DNA of 64,000 nt from an uncultured Planctomycetaceae bacterium. GTDB lineage: Bacteria > Planctomycetota > Planctomycetia > Planctomycetales > Planctomycetaceae. Where the stretch lies: the NCBI GenBank assembly GCA_963813715.1, contig CAWFAK010000008.1, forward strand, positions 416,001 to 480,000. The letters run 5' to 3'. This document shows, piece by piece, positions 1 to 9,214 of the stretch (within the stretch, counting starts at the first letter, position 1; every line of letters starts with the position of its first letter). The translations under genes and the position numbers were made by a program. The notes below the pieces were generated by a model. It did not search any database. It was not told the DNA's origin and saw nothing but the letters and a program-made list of their open reading frames with translations.

Positions 1-257
1 GCGTCCGCACGCTGGAGACGGCATCCCACGACGGCCAGTTCACTCCGTGGAGCGGCCCAACGCGGATCTTCATCCGGCCCCCGTATCAATTCGGCGGCGT
101 CGATTGCCTGCTGACGAATTTCCACCTGCCCCGCTCGACGCTGTTCGTCCTGGTCAGTGCGCTGGCCGGCCTGGAGCTGATCCAGCGGGCCTACGCGGAA
201 GCCGTCCGCGAACGCTATCGGTTCTACAGCTATGGCGACGCGATGCTCATCGTGTAG
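1..257 (+). CDS. queA: S-adenosylmethionine:tRNA ribosyltransferase-isomerase, C-terminal part (5' end outside the window)
   Basis: Frame 3 reads VRTLET...[11 protein letters not shown]...[21 protein letters not shown]...[22 protein letters not shown], the characteristic QueA C-terminus (TNFHLPx[13 protein letters not shown]). Not in the ORF track. Confidence 0.96.
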   Translation, partial: VRTLETASHDGQFTPWSGPTRIFIRPPYQFGGVDCLLTNFHLPRSTLFVLVSALAGLELIQRAYAEAVRERYRFYSYGDAMLIV

Positions 258-340
258 CGTCTGTTTCCTAGTTAACGGCTTTACTCACTCAAAGACGCAA
301 AGGTCCCGAAGCAAGTAAGCTCGAGGACAATTGGAGCTTT

Positions 341-397
341 CTTCGCTGACGCTTCGGGTTAGTGCAGACGATAAACCAACCCGAAGCGTCAGCAAGG
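341..397. repeat. REP/REPIN-like inverted repeat, family A, copy 1
   Basis: Perfect 16-bp inverted repeat GCTGACGCTTCGGGTT (345-360) / AACCCGAAGCGTCAGC (378-393). Related copies at 9205-9214 plus 10200-10251 and at 14213-14275. Confidence 0.85.
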
Positions 398-401
398 GCT
401 C

Positions 402-2486
402 TTGCAGGGTGGCCCGGCTTGCATCTTCGGCCGCAATGTGGTGGATTCGGAAGAGCCAATCACGATCGATCTCGATCGTCGCACTCCAATTCCGGGCCCG
501 TCCACAAGTGACCAACCGACCGACATCCGCAGCAACGAATCCCTCGGGAGGCCCCGGCGCCCCGAGAGCCCCGCTCTCTCAGTGGACCGCCGCGAACTGG
601 TCGTGGCTCTGCTGTTGTTCGGCTCGACGCTGCTCGTCTATGCCCAAGTCTGGAATTTCGGGTATTGCATCCTCGACGACAGCGCCTACGTCACCGACAA
701 CGGTTACGTCCAGCAAGGACTCACGCGGGCGGGAGTCGAATGGAGCTTCACGACGGTCCACGACGCCAACTGGATTCCGCTCACGTGGATCTCGTTGATG
801 CTCGATAGCGATCTCTACGGCGTTCGCCCCGGCGGATATCACTTCACGAATGCCCTCTTGCACGCCGCGAATGCCGTGCTGCTTCTGCTGGCGTTGTCGC
901 GGGCAACGGGAAGTCTGTTTCGCAGCGGATTTGTCGCCGGGCTGTTCGCTTTGCATCCGCTGCATGTCGAATCGGTGGCGTGGATCGCCGAGCGGAAGGA
1001 CGTCCTGAGCATTTTCTTCGGACTGCTCTCGCTATTGGCCTACGTCCGCTACGCGACCGGAGCCAGCCGCTGGAACTTGGGGGTTTCATGGCTGTGCCTG
1101 GTCGCGAGCTTGGCGTCGAAACAAACGCTGGTGACGCTGCCGTTCGTTTTTTTGCTATTGGACTATTGGCCGCTGGGCCACTGGACCGCCGCCGAGCCGA
1201 GTCCCGCACCGAGCGCACGGCCAGCAAAGACTCGCGGAAAGAGCCGAGCGAAGGCCGCCAAGCGTGAACCGCGAATTTCCCGGTGGAATCGTCCGGCGTT
1301 ACGACTGGTGAGTGAAAAGATTCCGTTCTTCGCCGTCGCCGCGATTTTTTGCGGAGTCGCTTTGAAGGCCCAGCGCGATTACGGTGCCGTGATCGCCCTG
1401 CAGGGCATTTCGTTCCCCTTGCGTTGCATGAACGCGATCTACGTCTACGCCGCCTATTTGGAGAAAACCCTGGTCCCGTACGATCTGGCGATCTACTACC
1501 CGCACCCGTTCGGGACTTTGAGTTGGCTCGCGGTGGGACTGGCGGCCACTCTGCTTTTGGCCGTGAGCGCCGCGGCGATCGTGTTCATTCGCCGTTTGCC
1601 GTTTCTGTTTGTCGGTTGGTTCTGGTACCTCGGCACGCTGGTGCCGATGATCGGCCTCGTGCAGATCGGCTCGCAGCAGATGGGCGATCGCTACACGTAC
1701 TTCCCGCTGATCGGTGTGTTTCTGGCCGTGACGTGGCTGGTTGCTGAGTTCGTGCCGGCCGGAGTTTTGCGCACGCGAGTCCTGCCGGCGGCCGCGGTGG
1801 CGAGCTTGGTGCTCTTAGCGGCGACGTCCTACTCCCAAATTGGCTACTGGCACGACAACATCACCCTCCTGCGGCATTCCGAGGAATGCACGGCCGACAG
1901 CGGCGCAATTCACGAATTCCTGGGCAGCGCGGAGCTGCTGGAAGGCGACCCCAACGAGGCGGTGGCCGAGCTGAAAAAGGCGCTGGCGTTTTCCCCGAAC
2001 TATGGGCCCGTGCATCGCAATCTGGGAACCGCCTATCAACGGCTCGGCCGATTCACCGAGGCGTCCGCCGAATATCAAACCGCCATTGGGCTCGGCGAGC
2101 AGGATCCCGAGACCTACGTCGATCTGGGCGTGACGCTGTTCAATCGCGGGCAGGCCGAGGCCTCCAAAGCCCAATTTCTCCAGGCGCTCGCGATCGATCC
2201 CAATTCGGTCCCCGCCAACTACAATTTGGCGCTCGCCTGTTCGGAAACCAAGGACTTCGCCGCCGCCGTCACCTACGGGGAGCGGGCCCTGCAACTCGAT
2301 CCCAACCTGGCGAGTTGCCACGTCTGCGTTGCGCTCGCGCTAGAGGCCCAAGGACACCTGGACGAGTCGATTCGCCACATGCAGCGGGCCGTCGAACTCG
2401 AGCCCAACGACCAGGCCGCCCGGCAAGAATTGGCGCGGATGCAGTCGCAGCAGCCAAACGCCTTTCAGACTTCGCCGCCTCGCTAG
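402..2486 (+). CDS. TMTC-like multi-pass membrane GT-C glycosyltransferase with C-terminal TPR repeats; true start may be a GTG near 438
   Basis: LDDSAYV acidic motif after TM1, HPLHVESVAWIAERKDVL and GDRYTYFP motifs, many TM helices, then about 5-6 TPR repeats. Confidence 0.8.
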   Translation: MQGGPACIFGRNVVDSEEPITIDLDRRTPIPGPSTSDQPTDIRSNESLGRPRRPESPALSVDRRELVVALLLFGSTLLVYAQVWNFGYCILDDSAYVTDNGYVQQGLTRAGVEWSFTTVHDANWIPLTWISLMLDSDLYGVRPGGYHFTNALLHAANAVLLLLALSRATGSLFRSGFVAGLFALHPLHVESVAWIAERKDVLSIFFGLLSLLAYVRYATGASRWNLGVSWLCLVASLASKQTLVTLPFVFLLLDYWPLGHWTAAEPSPAPSARPAKTRGKSRAKAAKREPRISRWNRPALRLVSEKIPFFAVAAIFCGVALKAQRDYGAVIALQGISFPLRCMNAIYVYAAYLEKTLVPYDLAIYYPHPFGTLSWLAVGLAATLLLAVSAAAIVFIRRLPFLFVGWFWYLGTLVPMIGLVQIGSQQMGDRYTYFPLIGVFLAVTWLVAEFVPAGVLRTRVLPAAAVASLVLLAATSYSQIGYWHDNITLLRHSEECTADSGAIHEFLGSAELLEGDPNEAVAELKKALAFSPNYGPVHRNLGTAYQRLGRFTEASAEYQTAIGLGEQDPETYVDLGVTLFNRGQAEASKAQFLQALAIDPNSVPANYNLALACSETKDFAAAVTYGERALQLDPNLASCHVCVALALEAQGHLDESIRHMQRAVELEPNDQAARQELARMQSQQPNAFQTSPPR

Positions 2487-2595
2487 AGACAGACAGATCG
2501 AATTCGCAGCCACAGCTCGAATTGGCTGCGCCAGGCGGGGTTTTTGTTTGCGCCGAATCCGCCGCTAGAATGACGGCATGAGCGACAGTCAGGGC

Positions 2596-2667
2596 CCGCC
2601 CTTAGTTCAATGGTTAGAACGCGCTCCTTATAAGGGCGTAATCCGGGTTCGATTCCCGGCGGGCGGA
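2596..2667 (+). tRNA. tRNA-Ile, anticodon UAU (TAT at 2629-2631); CCA not encoded
   Basis: Cloverleaf: acceptor CCGCCCT/CGGGCGG, D-arm GTTC-AATGGTTA-GAAC, anticodon arm CGCTC-CTTATAA-GGGCG, T-arm CCGGG-TTCGATT-CCCGG, discriminator A. Confidence 0.92.
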
Positions 2668-2754
2668 TTTCCGCCCGACATAAACTCCCGTGCCGCTGAC
2701 GACCACGTGACACTCCCGACCAGCTGACACGATCTACTCGACGACGCCCACAAA

Positions 2755-4254
2755 ATGACGCTGCCGATGAATGCTGCTGACACGTCCGCGGCCCCCTCCC
2801 GTTCGCCCGGTTCGGGCACTGCTCCCGCCCTGCTCGCCCGGTTTCGCGACATCGTCGGCGAAGGCGGCCTGCTGTCGGCGGCCGAAGAGCTGCTCGTCTA
2901 CGAGTGCGATGGCTACGTCGTGGAGAAGAAGGCGCCCGACGTCGTGCTGTTCCCCGAAACGCGGGAGCAAGTGGTCGCCATCGTCAAAGCGTGCAACGAA
3001 TTCGACGTCCCGTTCGTGCCGCGGGGTGCCGGGACGAGCCTGTCGGGCGGCTGCCTGCCGGTCGGCGGCGGCGTAATGATCGCGCTTACGCGGATGAAGC
3101 GGATTCTCGAGGTCAATCTCCGCGATCGGTACGCCGTCGTCGAGCCGGGCCTCGTCAACGTCCACCTCACGCAGCATCTCAAAGGGACCGGCTACCACTA
3201 CGCTCCCGATCCGTCGAGCCAGGGCGCCTGCACGATCGGCGGCAACGTGGCCACGAACTCCGGCGGCCCGCACACGCTGAAATACGGCGTGACGGTGAAT
3301 CACGTGCTGGCCGTCGAAGTCGTGCTGCCCGACGGCTCGGTCGTCGAGCTGGGCAGTCCGACCGGCGACTCGCCCGGCTACGATCTGACGGGGCTTTTCG
3401 TCGGCAGCGAAGGGACGTTTGGAATCTGCACACGAATCACCGTGCGACTGACCCGCAACCCGGCCGCCTATCGCACGCTGTTGGGCATCTTCGAGACGGT
3501 CGCGGACGCCACGCAGGCGATCAGCCGCATCATCGGCGCGGGCATCATCCCGGCGGCCCTCGAAATGATGGACCAGGGGATCGTCGGCGCGGTCGAGGCG
3601 GCGTTTCATTTCGGCTTTCCGCTCGACGCCGGCGCCGTCCTCTTAATTGAGGTCGACGGGCTGGAAGTGGCCGTCGACGAAGAGGCCGAAAAAATCGTCG
3701 CGCTCTGCCAGGCAGCCGGAGCCCGCGAAGTCCGCCGGGCCACGACCGAAAAAGAACGCCTGCTCTTGTGGAAGTGCCGCAAGCAGGCCTTCGGCGCGAT
3801 CGGCCGCTTGAGCCCCAGCTACTGCACGCAAGACGGCGTCGTCCCCCGCACGCGGCTGCCGGAAATTCTGGCTTTCATCACCGAGTGCGGCACTCGCCAC
3901 GGCATCCGCATCGTGAACGTGTTTCACGCCGGCGACGGCAACATCCATCCGATCCTGCTCTTCGACGAACGCGACACCGCCCAAGTCGCCCGCGTCCTCG
4001 AAGCCAGCGACGAAATTCTCGGCAAGTGCATCGAAATGGGCGGCAGCGTGACGGGCGAACACGGCATCGGCGTCGAAAAAATCAGCTTCATGGACAAACT
4101 CTTCACGCCCGACGACCTGGCCGTGATGCGACTCGTCCACGACGTCTTCAATCCCACCGGCCGCTGCAGCCCCCAAAAAATGCTCCCCACCGCCGGCGGC
4201 TGCGGCACCGAGCAAATCGAACGCAGTGCCCCGGGCCGCCGGGCGGCGCTGTGA
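2755..4254 (+). CDS. glcD: Glycolate oxidase subunit GlcD-like FAD-linked oxidase
   Basis: PRGAGTSLSGG, YAPDPSSQGACTIGGNVATNSGGPHTLKYG, GSEGTFG, NVFHAGDGNIHP and GEHGIGVEK motifs. Confidence 0.9.
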   Translation: MTLPMNAADTSAAPSRSPGSGTAPALLARFRDIVGEGGLLSAAEELLVYECDGYVVEKKAPDVVLFPETREQVVAIVKACNEFDVPFVPRGAGTSLSGGCLPVGGGVMIALTRMKRILEVNLRDRYAVVEPGLVNVHLTQHLKGTGYHYAPDPSSQGACTIGGNVATNSGGPHTLKYGVTVNHVLAVEVVLPDGSVVELGSPTGDSPGYDLTGLFVGSEGTFGICTRITVRLTRNPAAYRTLLGIFETVADATQAISRIIGAGIIPAALEMMDQGIVGAVEAAFHFGFPLDAGAVLLIEVDGLEVAVDEEAEKIVALCQAAGAREVRRATTEKERLLLWKCRKQAFGAIGRLSPSYCTQDGVVPRTRLPEILAFITECGTRHGIRIVNVFHAGDGNIHPILLFDERDTAQVARVLEASDEILGKCIEMGGSVTGEHGIGVEKISFMDKLFTPDDLAVMRLVHDVFNPTGRCSPQKMLPTAGGCGTEQIERSAPGRRAAL

Positions 4255-4576
4255 GCGCAGCTCAAGGCAGAGCCCCGGCCTCTCGCTCCTTGTCGGACTG
4301 TTCGACCCGGATGACGCGGGACTCGTCCTTGAGTTTGCGAAGTTCGTCGAGCACGATCCGAATTTGTGCGTGATTCGCTTCTCGACGGAGGCATCCGCAG
4401 CGGGATCAACACAGGCTTGAAGTCGGGGGACAGAGACATCAGTCCCTCGCGGTGCGGCTGCCCAGTTGATGGATCGTTGCCTGTCAGCTCGAACCAAATA
4501 TAGGCGCGACTTCCGATCTGACCTGAAATCGCCTGAATCTACTCGGGCCAGACGTGCTTCCCCGGAAAGGGGTGGA

Positions 4577-7122
4577 TCAGCATTTCTTTTCCCACATCGG
4601 TCGATACCGTCGAAGAGGTGAGAGCCGGGAGGCGTCTGTGGCTAATTTCACCAGGAAGTCACACCGGTCCTTGGCGAGCAACGTGGCCGATCCGCCGTGC
4701 TCCGCCGACGCGTCGATCCCGGCTGCTTCGATCAAGTCTGCCGCATGCTGCTGCAGCAAGGTGGTGCGAAACGTAATCTTGAGCCGCTGCGGTTTGCGAA
4801 GCTCTTGCAGGAGGTGCTGGATTTGTTCGTGGACCGGCTGCGTCTGCCCAATCACCAGGGAGAGCGTCTTGTCGACGTGCTGAATTCGCCCCTCACCGCC
4901 CGCCCCTTCCCAGCTTTTGGGCTCGGCCGCGGTCCGGATGAGCTTCTCCAGTGAATTGAAGTCGATCTTTTCGTCGCGGACCGCTCCAGACTGCGGCTGG
5001 GAAGCCAGCAACAGATCGGCGACCGGATAGGCGAGAAACACCAACGGGTCGGCCGGCGCGAGCAGGAACATTTCGTCCTGGAATTCGCATCGCACGCCCG
5101 CTTGCTGAAACCCTTGTTTGAGAACCGATTCGAGCGTCACCTCTTTGACGTGCATCGTAATCGGCGCTTGCAGGTTTACCGTCATTGAGACGACGACGTT
5201 GCCGAGATGCCAGTCCTTCCACATGTGATCAATAAACTGTCTCAGAGACAACTTTTCGCAATCGAAGTTCATGCGTCGCTGCAAAGCCTCGCGCAGCTTC
5301 TTATCGGCTGGAAACTCGATCCGAAGACTCCCATTCTCGAACTCATATCGCAAATGCAGCTGATCGAAGATGCGTTGCAAGGCGACGGAAACGGGCACGT
5401 CGGCGACATGCAGCGTCACGTGTTGGGGACACCGCGCATCAAGATTCGCCGCTTCGTGAGCCTCGAGAAGCTTCTGCGCACTGCGCTTGGCGTCAGATTC
5501 GGATCCCGGAAAATGGAAATAGGGATAGTGGAAGGTGCTAAACGGCTGCTCGTAGCGAAATTCGATTTTGGGACGCTCGCGAAAAATCTGCTCCAGGACT
5601 TCAGAGAGCGGCAGATTGTCGCAGTCGATGGTGACGTGCCGATCCAGTTGAGGCACGACGGCGTGCGATTCCGGGCGCTTTCGGGCAGGCTCGGCAGGAC
5701 GCCAATCGCCGAAGTGTTTGAGCGCCTGGCGAATCTCTTCTTCCGTTTGGATCCCCGACAAGGGGATTCCCTGGTCGCCCGAATTGATCCAGATTGTCGG
5801 AACCGCCTTGACCTTGAATCGTGTCTGCTCGCCGGTCATGGGAGCGTTGACATCGACTTTGATGATCCGATGTCCCTCCGCTTGCAGTCGGTCGATGATC
5901 GGCATCATCTGTTGGCACGGTGGGCTGTTCTTTGAATAAAAGAAATAAGCGTAGGTGGGCCGATCGTCGGGATGACCAACCATCGGCGACGCCTTCGCTG
6001 CCGGCTCCTCCTTCCCCTTCGCGGCTCCGCGGACAAATTCGTCGGCCAGCAGGTGGTCTCGGAACTCGGCCTTGAGGCTCAGTAAGGACGTGCCTTGCTC
6101 GCGAAGCTTCTTGTTGACGTCGAACGCCGTCGCGACCTTAAAATCTCTTTTCAAATTTTCGACATACTTGTTGAACTCGTCCGTAATCGCATTCTCGGCC
6201 TTCTCTCTCTCCGCCTTTCCAAGCGAGGCGATCATGGCTTGCGCCCACCCGCGGGTGTTGAGGTAATTCTGGGAAAACTTACGCAGCGCGAGCAGTTGCA
6301 GTTGCCGGTAGTCCGACTCCTCGATCTGGCCGGCGGCCAAAGCCTTTGTCGCCGTCGCCAGGCTGGTGTCGTCGGGAGTGAGCGGCTCGGTCCACGCCCG
6401 CTGAAAGATGTCCGACGCAAGCACAGGCTGGCCGTCGACCGACGCGATCATTTCGTTGCCCGTCATCTTCTTGCCGCTCGTCGCCTGCAAAGCTCTCAAT
6501 GTAATTCTTGATCTGCACCACTTTGCGATCGGGGATCGCAGCAGCCGGGGGATCTCTGGGCGTAATGATGACGTTCCAATGACTGACTTTTTCCGGGGCG
6601 TTGGAAGGGTCGGGCGGCGCGAAGAACTTGCCGACGATCGAGCGCACCGTGTCTTCGCGATTCAGCCCCCTCAGCGCCGTCAACCCGTTCGGTTGTTTCA
6701 GGATGAGCAGGGGATGGAAGGAAATCGGATCTGGGTCCACGCCATATTTCTGTTTTAGGTCTTGCGCGATGTCGATCTTGGTGATGGGATAGCCTTGTCC
6801 CCGCAGGTGGTCGATCAAGGGTGTCAACAGTTGCGACTCGCTGTCGCTCCGCGAGTAGATGTAATAGGCGCCGTCAGCGAGTGGCGCGGTGCTGCCGGAC
6901 TGCTTCTCAGTCGTCTGCGGCGGGGCGGCGGGAGGGGACTTCTTCTCGAGCAGCTCGCGCAATACCTTCACGTCGTGCCGCAGGTCGCGGACTTCGTCGC
7001 GAATTTGCTGGAGGGCCGGCTGCAGGTCGGTGTCGGCCGACTGCGCGGCCGCCGGCGAGGGCCGCCAAGGCGATGGACGTCAGGCCGATCGTGGTCAGGC
7101 TGGTACGGACAAAACAAAACAT
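4577..7122 (-). CDS. Secreted multidomain protein: signal peptide, coiled coil, two thioredoxin-like folds, SurA-N-like domain, STN-like repeats, secretin-N-like module; frameshifts near 7050 and 6500; C-terminus may extend toward 4260
   Basis: AAGGAG RBS and ATG at 7122 (MFCFVRTSLTTIGLTSIALAAL), continuing through ORFs 6279-6971 and 4577-6499. Motifs include IASVDGQPVLASDI, YFFYSKNSPPCQQMMP and DFNSLEKLIRTAAEPKSWEGAGGEG...SLVIGQTQPVHEQIQHLL. Confidence 0.6.
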
Positions 7123-7175
7123 GGGGAAGCTCCTTCCTTGGCTGCGGAAATGCCGCGCGGGCGTTTGGCTGAGCG

Positions 7176-8753
7176 TCATGGCTCTGCTCCCTTCGAGAGG
7201 TCCGCTCGATCTGGGCCGGCTGAGGAACGGTCGGCCGGCGTGATGGTGGTGAGCGTGAGTCGTTGATAGCGGTCGTCTAGCTGTGTCGCCCTTGCCGCGA
7301 TCCGGCGTGCCAGCTCGACGACCCGTACATCGTCCGGCCGCCGCGTCTCGGCCAGGTCGATGACTGCATCGATTTCGCCGTGTAATTGGTCCAGTTCGCG
7401 GCCTAACGCCGTCGCCGCTGCCCGCTCGCTCGGCGAAAGTGACGCGAACGCAGCTCGCTCGCCGCGTCCGTCTGCGAGTGCTACGGCCGCGCTGGCCAGC
7501 ACCGTCGTTCGCGGCGCGGCGCAGACGAAGAGGCTCGCGATGCCGACCGCGGCCAGGGTGACGAGTCGGCCGCGGGCACGGGTGTTCCACGCATCGCGAA
7601 CCGGCGTGCCGTTGAGCAGCCGTTCGACCCGTTCGCCCAGATGCGAGACGGCTCCCAGTGCCCAGAGAGCCTGGAGCCGGGGGGCGGTCGGCGAATTGAG
7701 CGCGGCGATTTGCGTCAGGCAGCGAGCGAGTGCCAGGCCGTTTGCCGCACGAGTCACGGCCCATTCGTCGCAGAGGATCTCGGCCGAGCGACGCCATTCG
7801 CGACGGGCGAGAAAATTCAGCGGCTGAAACGCGAAGCACGAACAGAGGATGCGGCCCCACCAGAGCCAAATCGCATCGCCGCGGACCAGATGCGCCGCCT
7901 CGTGCGCGAGCAGGGCGTACACCTCGCTCGAATCGAACGTGCGCAACACCTCTTCGGGCAGCACGATCGTCCAACGAAAGACGCCGAAGGCCGCCGGCTG
8001 GCGAAACGTCGGCGAGGCGAGAAGTCGAAACTTTCGACGCACGCCGCCGTGCCGCGCAATCCGCTCGAGCTGCCGGCAGACCGACGGTTCGCCGATGACG
8101 CGACAGTCTCGCAGTCGTAGCGAAAGGAGGATCGTTTGCCACGCGAGCCTCACGATTCCCGCGCAGCAGAGGGCGATCAGCAGGCCGGCGAGCCAGGTTA
8201 AGGCTAGCGAAGCGCGCGGTCTCTCCGGTGCGAGCGGCGCAACGTTGTCCGAGGTCGCGCTCGACACTGGCGCGGTCAACGCCGGCTCGCGTCCGCCCGG
8301 GGGCCGATCGGCGACGAACTCGATTGCCGCCAGTGTGCGATCCGGTTCGGCAGCACCGTCAACGAGCGGTGCGCCCGCGTCTGCCCGCGGTGCTTCTTCC
8401 GACAGTAGCGACACCGTGGGCACGCGCTCATCGGGCGAAGCGGCGAGTTCGGCAACGGGTTCGCCGAGTTTTTCCCGGATCGACGTGCCGCCGAAGGCCA
8501 GGTCGAGCGTTGGGGGCGAGAAGCCTAACTCCAACTCCAGAGGCGCGGTGACGAGGGCCAGCACAGCCGACAGTTTCCAAAGTCGTTCCTTGAGCCTCTC
8601 GCTGCGAATGCGGCCCGTGCGGATGGCCAGCCATGTTCCGCCTAAAAGCAACGTCGAGTGCAGCAGGTACGTGGTCGCGAGCGTCAACGTCGCCGGGGCG
8701 AACGATGCGGCGGCGAACGATGCGCGGATGAGCGTCGACAATTCATTTGCCAT
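7176..8753 (-). CDS. M56 family (BlaR1/MecR1-like) membrane metallopeptidase
   Basis: N-terminal TM helices, PAAFGVFRWTIVLP, zinc motif LAHEAAHLVRGD, EILCDEWAV; start overlaps the stop of the BlaI-like gene. Confidence 0.9.
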   Translation of the reverse strand: MANELSTLIRASFAAASFAPATLTLATTYLLHSTLLLGGTWLAIRTGRIRSERLKERLWKLSAVLALVTAPLELELGFSPPTLDLAFGGTSIREKLGEPVAELAASPDERVPTVSLLSEEAPRADAGAPLVDGAAEPDRTLAAIEFVADRPPGGREPALTAPVSSATSDNVAPLAPERPRASLALTWLAGLLIALCCAGIVRLAWQTILLSLRLRDCRVIGEPSVCRQLERIARHGGVRRKFRLLASPTFRQPAAFGVFRWTIVLPEEVLRTFDSSEVYALLAHEAAHLVRGDAIWLWWGRILCSCFAFQPLNFLARREWRRSAEILCDEWAVTRAANGLALARCLTQIAALNSPTAPRLQALWALGAVSHLGERVERLLNGTPVRDAWNTRARGRLVTLAAVGIASLFVCAAPRTTVLASAAVALADGRGERAAFASLSPSERAAATALGRELDQLHGEIDAVIDLAETRRPDDVRVVELARRIAARATQLDDRYQRLTLTTITPADRSSAGPDRADLSKGAEP

Positions 8754-9126
8754 GCCGCCCCTCCTTCTCCCGGATGAGCTCTTTGAGCCGGGCCAACTCT
8801 TCGGCAGAGACCTCGCGACTGTCGAGCAGATGGCTGACCATCTCAGCCAGGTCGCCGCCGAAGAGCCGCGCGGTCAGGTCGGCAAGCATCGAGCGGCGGA
8901 CGTTTTCTCGTTGCACGGCCGCCCGGTAAATGTTCACTCGGCCGTCGGACCGATGACGGACCTGGCCGTTGCGTTCCATCTTGGCCAACATGGTGCCGAC
9001 CGTGGTATGGGCCAGCGGCCGCGACTTGTGCAGGGCCTCGCGCACGTCGGCCACCGTGGCTTCGCCGCGTTCCCACAGCACCTGCATGATGGCTAGCTGC
9101 AAGGTCGCCAGTTGATGTTTGGCCAC
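8743..9126 (-). CDS. BlaI/MecI/CopY family transcriptional repressor
   Basis: LQLAIMQVLWERGEATVADVREAL...LAHTTVGTMLAKMERNGQV winged helix and LFGGDLAEMVSHLL...EELARLKELI dimerisation region. Confidence 0.93.
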   Translation of the reverse strand: MAKHQLATLQLAIMQVLWERGEATVADVREALHKSRPLAHTTVGTMLAKMERNGQVRHRSDGRVNIYRAAVQRENVRRSMLADLTARLFGGDLAEMVSHLLDSREVSAEELARLKELIREKEGRHGK

Positions 9127-9214
9127 GATACGATTCTCTCTCGCGTGTCTTGCTCGATCGAGGACGAGACTAGTCGGTCAGTCGAAGCGTGTATCCTGCA
9201 GTGACCTCGCTCAC

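Noticed and set aside
47..271. 74-aa ORF in the ORF track
   Set aside because: It is out of frame with the QueA C-terminus, which explains this region.
7176..9126. Beta-lactam resistance locus
   Set aside because: The M56 protein has no penicillin-binding sensor domain and no beta-lactamase gene is adjacent.
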